DNA of 64,000 bases from the human T2T-CHM13v2.0 reference genome, Homo sapiens (GCF_009914755.1 NC_060937.1), one strand, 5' to 3'. Positions 12,671 to 29,531 are shown, numbered from the stretch's first letter. Notes: generated by a model not told the origin, from the letters alone. Program-made: numbers and translations.

Positions 12671-14304
12671 TGCATGCTTCAGCCGTTGCCCGTGCTATTT
12701 CCTCCCTTGGAAAGCCCTCTACTGTGAGGCCCTCACCTCTCAACCCTCTCCCTGGCCCCCATGTTGTCTATGTGATTTCTTGCCATTTAAAAATCTACCC
12801 AGGTGTCAGCGCTTGGGCAGTTTCCTCACACCTCTCACCCAGTTCATCCTCCCTTGCTTGGTGCTATTTCTGCCCTTGTCCATATCCCCACCACAGCATG
12901 CACTTTGGATTCCAGGCACGCTCCTTGAGTGTGACCCCGAGGCCCTCTGTGGGCTCTTGGAGCAGGGCAAAGCTGGGTGTGCTGGGGCACAGCACGGGCC
13001 TGATGCCCTGAGGTTGTTTGTTGTGCTGGGCTGGAGGCGTTCGAAGAAACGTCCAAGGAGGCTGCTAGACTCAGTTCTTTCTTTCTGTTTTCCCTCCACC
13101 TCCTCTGCTAGTGGAAGCTCCATGTCTCCCAGGCTCGTGAGCTGGCAAACACCCCGCTTGCATGGTTCAGTGTTGTCGTTGGCGGCAGGCGTACGTGGAA
13201 GGCCAGTTACAGAGGGTCTCTAGGGCTAATGCATTTCACAACACACCGCCCTCTGACACTCCACGCTCTGCTTTTCCTCCAGAACCACTCCCTTTGCAAA
13301 ACTCTGTTTCAAACAAAAAGAGCACAAAGAGGCTGACCGTGCCTTCCTCCAACCAAGCTCCCCTCTCCACAGGTGCACAGCAAGAGCCCTTTGTCTGTGA
13401 TGGGACAGGCCTGGGCTCCAGTGAGCAAGACAGGCACTGTGGGCCCATCCAAATATTAACTGTGGACACTTTCCTACTTTGAAAACATGAGACTTTGTAC
13501 TCAGAGCCCTGCCCTCCAGAGAACACAATTACTTCTGTTTTTCTTTTCCTAGTGGAAGGAGGCTTGACACTGGTGATGGCCTTGCCTTTATAATGCTCAG
13601 GGTTTGGGAAAGTCAGGGCCTAGGGCTGCTGATCTCCAGGCACTGTCTGCTTTCCATCTATCCTCTCTGCTTGGTCCCTGAAAAGCAGGAGGGAGACAGG
13701 AGGAATGGGAGCATGAATGCCCTCAGGGTCCACGGGGGATCCCGGAAGGCCTAGAACACCAGGGGTCTGGGCTCCACCCATGATGGATCATGCCTTTGGG
13801 GGAAGATTGGCCTACACTCATGTCAAGTAATAAGTTTTACTTCCTGCACCTGGTGTTAGGTTGGTTCTAAGATGCAGCTGTAACCTGTGACTAAGATCAA
13901 TATTTTTCATGTCACTATCTGATCATACAATGGTCAATTTATCGATTTAGAAAATTGTTGCACAACGAGGCAACACCGAGTCATGACTTAAAAAAAAAAA
14001 AAGTGGATCTAACCGAAGCTAGATTGTGGCTTATCACCTTTGATTGTCAGTTTCTTGGGTCAAATCTTAAGGCCACATTGACCACTGTGTCAAGAGAGGC
14101 CAGGTTCCAACTCAGCTCCGTGTATAGTGTTCATGGAATCTCAATGCTCATCAGGCGCTGCTGGGGCTGGGCCTCGGGGAGGGGCAGGCTCCTGTCAGCA
14201 CAAGTCACCAGCACAGGTTTTAACCAGCCAGTCTGGGCTACTTTTACCACTGAAGCAGTGGGGCGAGAAACTCTATTTTACAGTGTTTCTAAAACCTCTG
14301 TGAG

Positions 14305-14755
14305 CTAAAAGTAGAAGCAACTCAAATGCCCCTCACCTGATGAATAAACAAACACAGTGTGGCATCCTCGTACAATGGAGTATTATTCAGCCATAGAAAG
14401 GGAGGAAATAGTTGTGCTCGATACAGTATGGATGAGGCTTGGAGACATGATGATAAGTGAAAAGAAGCCAATCACAAAAGGACAAATAATGTATGATTCC
14501 ATTTATAAGAAATGTGTGGAATAGGCACAGCCATTGAGACAGAAAGTAGGTCGGTGGGGGATGGGGAAAAGGGGAGAATGGGAAGTGGCTGCTCGCAGTT
14601 ATGAAGTTTCTTTGTGGAGTGAGAAAAATGCTTTAAAATTGGTTGTGGTTATGGTTGCACAATTCCGCAAATATCCTAAGAACCACTACACTGCAGACTT
14701 TGAAGAGGTGAATTGTATGGTATGTGAATCATATCTCAGTGAAGTGTTTCTTTGA
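14305..14755 (+). mobile_element. L1MB-type 3' end fragment
   Basis: caatggagtattattcagccata, aagtgaaaagaagccaatcacaaaagg..tgtatgattccattt, ggtgaattgtatggtatgtgaatcatatctca. Confidence 0.82.
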
Positions 14756-15589
14756 AAAACCCACATAGGTTTTATTGCATATACAGACCCATTTAAAACA
14801 ATTAATGTAATCCCATTTAATGTAATCAAGGGATGCCTTTTTAAATGAACGCTTTTATGTTTAGTTTGTGAGAAAGTAAATTTCTTCCCATTACATCTTA
14901 GATTCACCCACTTGGTCAGAAGTGGGCTGGTAGACATGGTTAAGGGTGTGAGATCCCAGGACTTTAAACCACAGTAACTGTTTCCTCAGAGGGCCAAAGT
15001 GGGTAAGAGAGAACAGCCACGGCCTCACCCCCAGCACAGGCACCTGCCTTGGTTCTCATGTCACAGGCAGGAGACTTTCTGGATGGTAACAGGCCCTGGA
15101 GTGCCCACAGCCAGGATTCCTCAGAAAAGCCAGTGGACCACACACAGCGATGCTTCTCCAACACCTGGCAATGTGGAGGAAGCACAGAGAACTTGAAGTT
15201 CTTGCTGAGAGTCACTACAGACCACTGTCATTGCCCACTTGACAAGTTCCCATGCCAGCCCTGCTCTTTCCTCACACTCTGAGACCTCTGCCCATCCTTA
15301 CTCTCTGCTGTTGACCTGAACCCACATCTGTTGACTGGAATCCCTGTTTCCCCACCTCCCGTCTGTCCACCGTGCTGCGTTTCCCCTGCTCTCCATACTC
15401 CTGTACAGTGGGTGTGTGGCATATCCTGGCTCCTGTCAGAAAGCCCCTCTCGCCACCTCTTTAAGGAACTGCACCTGCAGGAAGCCCACCCCCCTCCCTC
15501 TCCTGCACTGTAAGACTCTGTGTGCTTGGGACTATTGGGAATAATGTATAATGTGCTCCAGTACATGGCACCTGCTATGTCTTTAAACT

Positions 15590-18210
<2,621 letters not shown>

Positions 18211-18807
18211 CAAGCCAGCACAGCTGAACTAAGTTGTAAATAGTGAATTGTGGTCAACACTCCCTTGTTATTAGACTCTTCTTTGAGCTCTTTGTTGTAG
18301 AGCTCATGTTATTCTTCTATGAAAATTTCATCACAGTGGTTGCTCCCAGAATCTTTAGAAACCTTACAGCCGGCATATTATTCCAGCGTCCCTAAATCTA
18401 CCTTGGTTTGGAGCATTGGAGAAAACTTCAGATTTGCAACCGAAACCTCATCTCACTCTGGAGAGAGCTAAGCCCTTGGGCTGTATTCTCCTTAAAAAGT
18501 GACTGCTGGGGACGTGACCCAGCACTATTTTTCCCTGATTCCTCTAATGAATTTAGCCAGATTATAAGGTTCTAGATCATTTTGTGTGTTTCCCCATGGG
18601 TTCTTAATAAAGCACACATGACCTTTCTACTTACCTGCTTGCTTAAACTATAGGTAATTTTAGATCATGAGAAAATCTCATGTTGCCCAACCACTTCTAA
18701 GAATCCTGTGCAATGGCCTGGGGTTCCATGCCTCTTCCATAAATTCATTTCTGTATTGAGCATCTACCACATGCAAACACTGGGGCTATATGCTGGGAAT
18801 AATACTT

Positions 18808-18985
18808 CAGTGGTTCTTAGACATCAACCTGCATGCCAGCTACCTGTGGTGTTGATTAAACATGCAGACTTCTGTGCTCTAGCTTCACTTTGGTAAGTTT
18901 CAGGTAGGACCCAAGATTTGTGCTTTTTCACTCATATCTCATCTAACACAGGAGGTCTGCCAAGCACACTCACACGAACACCTGA
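18808..18985. mobile_element. MER5-like hAT DNA transposon relic
   Basis: cagtggttctta..ttaaacatgcaga..gtaggacccaagatttgtgctttt; degenerate. Confidence 0.55.
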
Positions 18986-19244
18986 GGGGAATTGGCTGGC
19001 ATTTGTAAATGTATGGGAAACACAGCCCAATTCTCATGTCGTATATGAGTACCCATGATCACCTCCAAAGCAAAACTCTCATAAAACACTGGGGCTCCAA
19101 GTTTGCCCAAATGGTGGGCGTCAGTTCTCTTTTCCCAGCACCACTGCTTATGAAAAATTCCACTCTACATAGCCAATCATTCTTAAAAAATTAGATTGCT
19201 ACAGAGGTAACAAATGGCCAAAGTGCTTTTTTTAAATTATTAGA

Positions 19245-19246
19245 GA

Positions 19247-19278
<32 letters not shown>

Positions 19279-19295
19279 TAGATAGATAGATGATA
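19245..19295. repeat. Compound tetranucleotide STR (GATA)5(GACA)3(GATA)3GAT(GATA)
   Basis: Read directly. Confidence 0.97.
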
Positions 19296-19299
19296 GAAC

Positions 19300-19600
19300 C
19301 ATTTGAGCAGAAAGTACAGAGAGCTCTCTTGTGCCCCAGCCTTCCCGTTTCCCCTGTGATTAACATCTCACATTAATTAGTATGGTACCTCTGCTAAAGT
19401 TAATGAACCAATATGGATGCCTTATTATCAACTAACAGCCATGGTTTGCAGGCGGGTCACTCTTAATGTTGTACGTACTAGGAGCTTTGACAAACGCATA
19501 ATGTCTTGCATCCACCTTAACAACATCACACAGAATGGTTTCACTGGCTGGACAATCTCCTGTGCCCTGTGGCCTAGATCCCTCCTTCCCTGCCTCCAAA
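19300..19600 (-). mobile_element. L1MC/MD-type 3' fragment
   Basis: ttgagcagaaagtacagagag, aatgaaccaata..ttattatcaactaa, tttgacaaacgcataatg, cagaatggtttcactg. Confidence 0.7.
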
Positions 19601-19972
19601 CAGTACATTTAATTTTAACAGATGCTCTCAAAGGATCAAAACTAGCTTCATTATTCATTTTCTTGTTTTTATAAATATTATTAGTCTTGAAGTATGAATT
19701 TGGATTAGTCTTTGAACTTCATATAATCCACTTCTTATCGTATTGCTATCACTACTGCATCAGTATAAACAGCACCTGGAAGTCATTTCCAGGAGCCCTT
19801 GGCTGTCAGCTGGGCTACATTCCAGAGCTGCTCCAGCCCCGCGCTGTGTGCCTTCCCTGAAATGCCTCCGGTCCTCACATCCATCATAGTCAGGCTCCGG
19901 GCTGCGATCCCCCATTAATACCCAAGAAGGGGGGTGTTCCATGGTGCTGGAGTTTTATTAAAGTTCACATCA

Positions 19973-20279
<307 letters not shown>

Positions 20280-21902
20280 GTTTATGTTGACCCACAGCCT
20301 AGGCAAGTCTTTCTTACAGAACATATGCTCAAAGAATTGTATAACTAGCTGTGGTCTAAGGCTCAAGTTTAGGGGGTAACCACACCCTCTCCAGACACCT
20401 GGCTGCAGGGAGGGAGGAAGAAGATCCCAGCCTAAGTGGGTGTGGCTGGGAGGACAGTGGCCCTGAAAGGCCTTGGCAGACATGTTCCTGAAGGACCTTG
20501 CAGGGGACTTTATTTGCTATACTGACCCACTACACATGGTATTGGGTTTGGCTTCTGGTCATCCCCAAGAGGTGATCTGCAGGGGGCCCTACCCTCCCGT
20601 CTCCTCCGACTCCTGTTTATCATGAAAACTGTAATGGACAGAGAAGTTTTCTATGCCTCTAGGTGGTGAAAATGACCAGATTTGGTTGTGGGGTCATAGT
20701 GGACACTAAAGATCAGCAAGGGAAAAAAGATGTGACTATAAACTTTCCATTCTCACAGTTGTTTTGAGACCCGAGTGTACGTTTAATGTTTTCAACAGAA
20801 GAGGCTGCATGAAGAAGAGTAAGTTAACCGCGGGGAGGCTGTGAGAATTTTTCTGCGCGGACAATGGAGCTCAGTGTCTGTTTCAGTGTTTGTGCTCTCT
20901 ATAGATACCTGGATGATTCTTGGGCCTCAGTGTGTTCTCGCTCCCTCCCTGCCGAGACTCAAAGGGATGATGCACGCTGCCCAGCCAAAACCAGGACAGA
21001 ACGTCTTTTTCCCCGTGGGAATGCGCTCCCGGCGCCAATTCCAAGGCCTGCCTGGGTCCTATTCAGGCAGTGCTGGGGTGAGCAGCAGGCTCGGGCCCAG
21101 CTGACACGGCCAGAGATCCCCAGTGACTACTTTCCTGACATGGCAGAGATGGCAGATGGAGAATCCATAAGCCCCAGTTACACCCGGGAGCTCACACTGT
21201 GGCTTCAGTCTCCAAGGAGAGTGGGGAGAGCCCTGGCCCTCCGTGAAGGATTGCTTCCGCCCAAGGGGGGCCAGTGAACCCGAATCACTCTGCTGGATGG
21301 TGCTGGGGGGCTGATGCAATCTGCATTCCTTCCCCTCGCACCCCTTACCCCTCGCTACCTCCCCCTTCTCATCCTCCCCACTCGCACCTCTCCTTCTCCC
21401 ACACCTGGCTGACACCCACTCTTGAGTCACTGTCAGCTCCAAGACAGAACCGGCATCCTGGGTGCTTGGCAGGAGCCAAAGGAGCATGTTACAGGATCTC
21501 TGGCTTCACAGATGGGGAGAGAGCAGTTCAGAGAATTGCGGGTTCCACATTTGCTTGAAGTCACTCATCAGCCTTTATGTTACATTACAACAAAGCAGCC
21601 CAGGGGACATGGACTCATAGGGTACCTGGTGTTTCCCCAACTGTAGGGGGGATTCCGGGACAAATAAAGTTTGCCACTGGGACCCTCCCCCGAACTGTGC
21701 CCTGTCCCACTCCTGTGACACACTCTCTGCCCACAAGAGAGTGGCCAACAGTGGAGGCTGAGAGTGACCACCTGCCTGCCCTCAGTTATTAAAGGCTACT
21801 GGAGAACAAGCCTTGAGTGCGTGCTGAGAACACATGCCCCTAGCTGCCATCAAAGAGAATCACTTCATATGATTTTGACCATAAGCAAACTCTTCCACCT
21901 TC

Positions 21903-22750
<848 letters not shown>

Positions 22751-23135
22751 CACCTTCTTTCTCCATGAGTGGAGCATGCCTGTGCGCCCATCCCCGCATC
22801 TCCCATGTGTGGAGGCACTGCCCAAGCTCGTCTGTACTCTGAGTCACAGGGCTGTGCACCATTACCGATCACCATCTATGTGTCAGGGACTTATCAATGA
22901 GCAAGACATAGCCCCTGCCATCACTAACTCACATTCTGCATCGTCCTGTGCCATCCCCACCACCCCACCTTGGTCAGGCCCAGTGTCCAGGTGTCTTCAA
23001 CTGCTCACCTTCCCCCTATTTTGTTGCCCTGAAGTTCATCCAGACATCAGGGTGCCCTATTGAAAATGCTAGTTAATATGACCTCTCTGCTCTAACCCCA
23101 ATGTTGGAGTCTTGTCATCAGTGGGATAGAGCTGG

Positions 23136-23630
23136 TGTGACTGCACCAGACCAGTCAGGTTCAACTTTTATGAAAGGAAGTTGTGAGTTGCTTTCAGTTG
23201 CCATGGACCCCAAGTCGTAGGTCATGTAAGCTGAGCATGCCCAAACGGACCAAGCATGCAACCATGGGCAGAACCTGAGTGCTCAGACTGAGGAGCAGGA
23301 GCTGAATTAAGAAGCAGAGCATACATGGCAGGATCCAGGATCCAGGAGCCAATCAGACTGAGTTTGGCATCACTCCATGGCAGGATCCAATCAGATCACA
23401 CCTCCCTGCAGCACCTCATTGCAAGATCCAATCAGACCACACCTCATTACCCTAGGCTTATAAAATCCAGGCCAGCCGCTAGCTTGGGGAGGCAGATTTG
23501 AGTGTTTTTTTTTTTTTTCTGTCTCCTTGCCAGACTACCAGCAAAAAAGGTTTTCTTTTCTCAAAAGCCGGTGTCATGGTATTGGCCTCTGTGCACATTG
23601 GGCAGTGAGCCCACTGATTGCTCAGTAACA
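23136..23630 (+). mobile_element. Solo ERV LTR (subfamily uncertain, LTR47-like)
   Basis: TG...CA termini (tgtgactgcaccagacc...ctcagtaaca), internal ggcaggatccaatcagatcac repeats, TATAAAA at 23459. Confidence 0.75.
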
Positions 23631-24950
23631 TGGGCACACTCTGGGGCCCACACAAGCCAGGAATGATGTGGCCTTTACCTGCTGCTCCAGCTGCATCTGA
23701 GTCCAGTATCCCCTGAACACAAACCCCCACCTGCATGGAGCTGCATGCGGTTCTCGGGTACCTCCTGGCTATGTTCAGCTCCTGTAGATTCCTTCAGATC
23801 CACTCCTTCCCATTTCCTCATCCAACTGCCCAGCAGAGTGCCTACTATGCGCCACACACTGGGATTCAGCAGTAAACGACACAAACATGATCCCCACCCT
23901 TATCCTTCTCCCAGGACTCTTATTAATCTAAGGCTCACCTCCCTTCTTGTAACTTCCATGAACTCATATGCTCCCTCTCAGCTCAGGGACGTTGCTGGAG
24001 GAAGCAAGAGAGCAGCAGATGAACCCTTATGTTCAGGAGGCAGATGGAGCTCATTCAAAGCCCACCTTGGCCTCTTCTTAACCCGAAGATTTTAGCAAGT
24101 CATATAACCTTTGAACTGCAACTCCCTGGATTGTGGAATGCCCAAAGTGTGCTGAGCGTGAAGTAAATAATGCAAGTGTAAAGTGTGCGGCATGGTCCTG
24201 GTTCATCTCAGGAGGCCGTTAGGAAACTAGCACTTATTTTTGCCAGGGCTTGAGCATAGAACATACTAATTTCCCCAATGGCATTATCACATTGTATTAC
24301 TTTTTATTTACATGTTCTTTCTCCCCTACCAATCTCAGAGAATCTCAAGGACAGCAATGATTAATTATTAATTTTGGAATCCTTGGTTCCTGGCACATTC
24401 CTTGAAAATAAATCATTGGCTTACTTTCCACTGATTCTCTTAATTACCCCTGAGAGGCAGAGATTGGAATTATACTATGCTGAGCAGCTCAATGTTTTCC
24501 CAGTAACAGCAGGAAAATCCCAATGCACAGAGAAGGAACCTGAATGACTTAGGTGGGACACACCAGGACAGACACCCGTGGTGATGACATTCTGTGCCCT
24601 TCATCCCACAGAGTGGTCTGTCTTCACAGTGGTCTCCCCTCACCACACTGAGCCCTCAAACTTCCTCTTTCCGCTGACCAAAGTGCACCCAGGCCTGCTT
24701 GTCCATTCAGACAGATGCCAGGGCCCTCTGCACTCCATCTGACCTCTGCAATATGCCGGTTCCTAATAAGGGAGCAGGATCCAGGTCCAGTTGTTCACAC
24801 TTCTAATTTCATACCGGCAGCCTCAGTAAAGTTCTGCCATCAGGCTAAGGCCCCACTGATCGTCGACCTTTTCTGCATAAAGATTCACCTCCAGGGCTCT
24901 TAGAAAATACTGCTGCCTGGCTACCACCCCATCCTTAGTGTGACATAGGG

Positions 24951-25267
24951 TTTTTTTTTCTTCTTCTTCTGTTTTTTGTTTTTTTTAGAATAATTAGGCA
25001 GCTCTGTTGCCCAGGCTGGAGTGCAGTGGCATGATCTCAGCTCACTGCAACCTCTGCCTCCTGGTTCAAGCAATTCTCCTACCTCAGCCTCTTGAGTACC
25101 TAGGACTATAGGCACACGCCACCATGCCCGGCTAATTTTTTGTATTTTTAGTAGAGACGGGGTTTCACCAGGTTAGCCAGGATGGTCTCAATCTCCTGAC
25201 CTTGTGATCCGCCCACCTCAGCCTCCCAAAGTGCTGGGATTACAGACGTGAGGCACCACACCTGGCC
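24951..25267 (-). mobile_element. Alu (AluSc-like), inserted within a MER5-like relic
   Basis: ttagccaggatggtctcaatctcctgacc; flanks show aaaatactgctgcctgg and aagctccccaggga..gggaacccctg. Confidence 0.9.
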
Positions 25268-25976
25268 TGCCCCGGGTTGTTTTTTTTTTTAAAGCTCCCC
25301 AGGGATTTGTAAGTGCATACCAAAGACTGGGAACCCCTGGCTTAGCTCACAGAGCAAAGAGCCTTTTGAGGGTTCCCCTCGACAGTTGCTCCCTCACCTC
25401 CAGCTGTGGGGCCACACAGAGCGCTGGGCCATTGTGGTGTTAGAGACCAGAGTTAAAGGGACTCCATCTGTAATATCCAGGACAAATGGGCTGGCAGGTG
25501 CTGCTCAAACCCTTACACACAGATAGTATTTGGGGAGGTGAGGTCAATTCCCCCATTATGGAACGCTGCGGTTTTAAAAGCAAGCAAACAAACAAAAACA
25601 GGAAAAAAGTGAGCTTTTTAAAACTAAGGTAAAATTTGTCCTCAACTTCCTGGCCTTGATTGGGCTCTGCTACTAGAGCGGCAGAAGCAACTCACTTCCC
25701 TGCTTCCACGGACCTGTTTCATGTAATGCATTTTGCAGAGATTTGAAGACAGGGTCCTTGACTTGGGCAGCTAACAGCCTGAGGCTAGAGGCAGCCACCC
25801 CTGAACAGTGAACAATTCTGCAAGGCGCCTGGCAATAGTACTATGCGGGGAGGGGGTAGGAACAAGGTGCTGCAGGGCGGGGTGGAGGAGGAAATGAATT
25901 CTGCCTGGGAGAAGCGGGAGTGCGTATTTGAGTGGGGTCTGGAGCAGGTGCATGCAAAGAAGCACCTCAAAGGCAC

Positions 25977-26134
25977 GGGCAGGTGTGTGCAGGCGTGGGC
26001 AGGCGTGGGCAGGCGTGGGAAGGCGTGGGCAGGCGTGGGCAGGTGTGGGCAGGCGTGGGCAGGTGTGGGCAGGCGTGGGCAGGTGTGGGCAGGCGTGGTC
26101 AGGCGTGGGCAGGCGTGGGCAGGTGTGGGCAGGC
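25977..26134. repeat. 10-bp minisatellite (AGGYGTGGGC) x approx. 16
   Basis: 15 full units at 25981-26130: 10 with aggcgtg and 5 with aggtgtg. Confidence 0.97.
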
Positions 26135-28417
26135 ATGTGGGCACGGCACAGGGCTTGTCCAGGCCAGATGCCATTAAGCACAGGTATCTGTGGTGGGCAG
26201 GGGACACAGTGGAAGCAGATAGAGAAGGTTTGCTGGGGTCCCATGGAGGGGCGCCTTGTAGGCCATGGTCACTCTAGGCTGATGCAAGGTGCTCAAGGTT
26301 GAAGGCAGAGGTGACTGACCTGTGCTTGAGAGAGGGTAGGGAAGAGAAGCTGCCGGACTTGAGGGGCTGAAATTGTCCTGTAATAGTCCAGGTCAGGAGT
26401 GTTAATGATGCCCCAGCTCGGGCAGTGACTACGGCAAGGAGAGTTTAACATGTGGTTCAGTTCAGCAGACATGGGGAACTCACTATGTGTGAAGCAGGAC
26501 ACATCACGGAGGCAGCCCTCAAATGCTTGAAGACAGTAATCCTGCCCCTGTGCTGTGGCGGGTTCTTTAAGGGGTGTGACTTCCTCATCAGACCCATTGC
26601 TCTCACACCTAATGATGCTGCCATGTGGCAGGGCTGTGGGCAGAGCCATGCCCTAGCAGGGGAAGTGGAGGACAGCGGCGGGGAGGGAGTGTGGGCAGGG
26701 CTTTCCTGCCCTCTGGGTCCTCTCCTCTCTTTCGTGGCAGGGCCTTGAGGTCCATTCGCTGGGCTGCACAGAAGGAGGACTCCAGAGCCCCCCTTGGGTT
26801 CAGGATTTTATACACGCAGCATTCCAGACAGATGGACCCGTGTATTGACAATGAAAGCATGGGAGAACTGTATTTCTTTGGTGATTAAAGTAAATGCAAA
26901 AGTTATGATGCATTATCAGGAGATCCTGCTTCCCTCTCTCCTAGGAGAGTGCCTTCTGGGAATCATAGAGTTGTCTTGGCACAGAACCAATCATGAGAGA
27001 CCAATCATGAGAGACAATAGGAGGATATTGTGCTGACTCCACAGGGGGCCCTGGTTGGCACCGAGAGGCCGTCTGGGTATGCTGTGGTCTGGTCAAGCAT
27101 TGTCAGAGCTCGGCTCCCGCACTGACTTCAGCTAGAAGCTAGCGTAATACAAATGGCTTCTCCTTTCTGAGGAGAGCAATGTGCTGCATGGAAGCCTTTG
27201 TTCATCCTCACTGGCTGAAGATGTGCACTGTGGGCTCACAGCGTATGAGACAGTGTAAGACCATATCACTGGGGTGGCTCCACTGCAGAGAACGAATCTA
27301 TTCTAGGTAAGTCACAGCAGAGAGAGGTTTGTTACAGATTATTTCAGAGCTGACAGTTTTATGCGAGAGCTGGAAGACAGATTCCCAGTTCAGAAATTAC
27401 TCCCATACCACACCACAGGACTAGCCACTGCAGATGCTGCCTCCCCCAGGCTCTGGAAACTTCCAGCCCCAGAACTACCTCACCTCTGCCTCCATCTGGC
27501 CCAGAAGCCACAAATTCTCCCCTGACTCCAGAACCAAATCATACCTGTTGCCATCTGCAGCAGCAAATGGATGCCCTAGAACCCACCCCTCAACTTCCTC
27601 CTAGCTATGGCTCGCCTGGAACCTCTGCTGAACAAACGCCTGCACACCTGTGCCAGCCCGAGCAGCAGGAACGCAGCCTCCAAGTCACTTAGGCCTGCCA
27701 GGTCTCGCGGAGTGTGCTGACCAGCTGAACGCGAATCCTATTCTAGTCTCTAACTGCAGAGGGCCTGGAGATGGACAGCTTCAAGTTTGGTTTCTACACA
27801 GGAGGGAGAGTGAAATGATGCTGGAGACCAGGTGTCATCTCCACCCATGGGACCTTGAGAGTTGGGGAGGGCACAGGGACCCTCAGACCCGTTGTCAGCC
27901 TTAGGAACCAAAGAAATTCTGTCTCCCCATGACTCCTCCTCTGAAATCTGGCCTGGCAGGCTGGTCTCTCTATCCTACACATGCCCTACCATGGGGTGTC
28001 TGTATCCACTCCAATTCCACGTGCACCCACTCTGCACCCCGCCCATGCTCTCTACTCCTAAGAGTCTTTCCCAGCCTTCAAAATACAGCTTGAGGCTTCA
28101 GTGAGGGCTTCTTCAACTGTTCTGTCCTGGCGAATTCTCTGTCTCCTTGAGCACTTACCATCTCTACAAACCCCTTGGTGTGTGTGTAACCACAGCTTGG
28201 AAGGCCACTGATGGTCCTCTGATGACTTTCTATGTAATCACCATGAAGCTCCAGTTAGATCAAGAGCACCTATAGAAGGAACTGGGACCAGGTCTGTTGT
28301 TCTTGAATTCCTGACAGTTCTGTAGCTCAGTACTGAAAACAGCAAAGCCACTCAGCCCCCATCTTTGGGAAAACTGGCTTCCTCTGTGCTGAAGGGGGAT
28401 AACAGTGCCAGCCCTGC

Positions 28418-28420
<3 letters not shown>

Positions 28421-28449
<29 letters not shown>

Positions 28450-28472
28450 TGTTGTTGTTGTTGTTGTTGTTG
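28421..28472. repeat. Compound microsatellite (TG)14(TTG)8
   Basis: Read directly. Confidence 0.97.
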
Positions 28473-28498
28473 GGCTCTAGATCAAAAGAGTTAATACA

Positions 28499-28859
<361 letters not shown>

Positions 28860-29531
28860 CTATTCCCAAGTCACCCTGCAAATGAGCCGGCAAACTTGCC
28901 CATCCAGCCTGGGCCTGGGGTCTTACATGCAGGGCTCCCTCTGCTCTGTGGAGACATGACCAGGAAGCATCTCTCAGGTAAACGGCTGAAGAGAAGCAAG
29001 TGCAGCATGAAGCATGAAGACGGGAGACGAGCCCCTAGCATGCGGCTTGGGCTTCACTGCAGGAATTAATGACCGTTGGCACAGATGCAGACCTCTTGTT
29101 TCCATGCTTCTCTGGAGCAAACAGCATTGGGTAAGAGGGCCATGCCCCAAAACCTGGAAGCCAAGTTCTCCTTTTCTTCCTCTTGGTGGACACAGTCTTA
29201 ACCGCCCACAAAAGCTAGACCTGAGGCACCTTGGCCTGCTCAGTTATTTCCAGGATGGTTGTGCAGACACCACAGTCACACATGAGGAGGGCTGACCGGT
29301 GAGTTCAGGCGCAAGACAGCAGAAACCCTTGGGAGGTGTTTAGCAGTTTCCCTAGGTCACTCTCCTCACCCCTGGGAAAAGGAAGAGAAGGTAAGACAAT
29401 TTTCTATGTGTTTTGGATATCTATCTCTAACATAAACCCAAATTCACTCAAAATCAAGATCAAAATCAAAATTTTCATCAGAAAATATTTTCCCTAGGAA
29501 AGTTGATGTGGTGTTGCTTAAAAGCATAATT

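Noticed and set aside
11778-12727. His/Thr/Met-rich ORFs
   Set aside because: Low-complexity cacatgct repeat.
20864-21277. 137 aa ATG-initiated ORF in unique sequence
   Set aside because: No recognisable homology, overlapping ORFs of similar size in other frames, and the ATG lies in the predicted 86-nt intron.
25771-26302. Repetitive ORFs on both strands; superficially array-like repeat
   Set aside because: Head-to-tail 10-bp units with no spacers and no cas genes, so a minisatellite and not a CRISPR array or gene.
27035-27055. Possible CTCF site tccacagggggccc
   Set aside because: Several mismatches to the core consensus in the 5' half.
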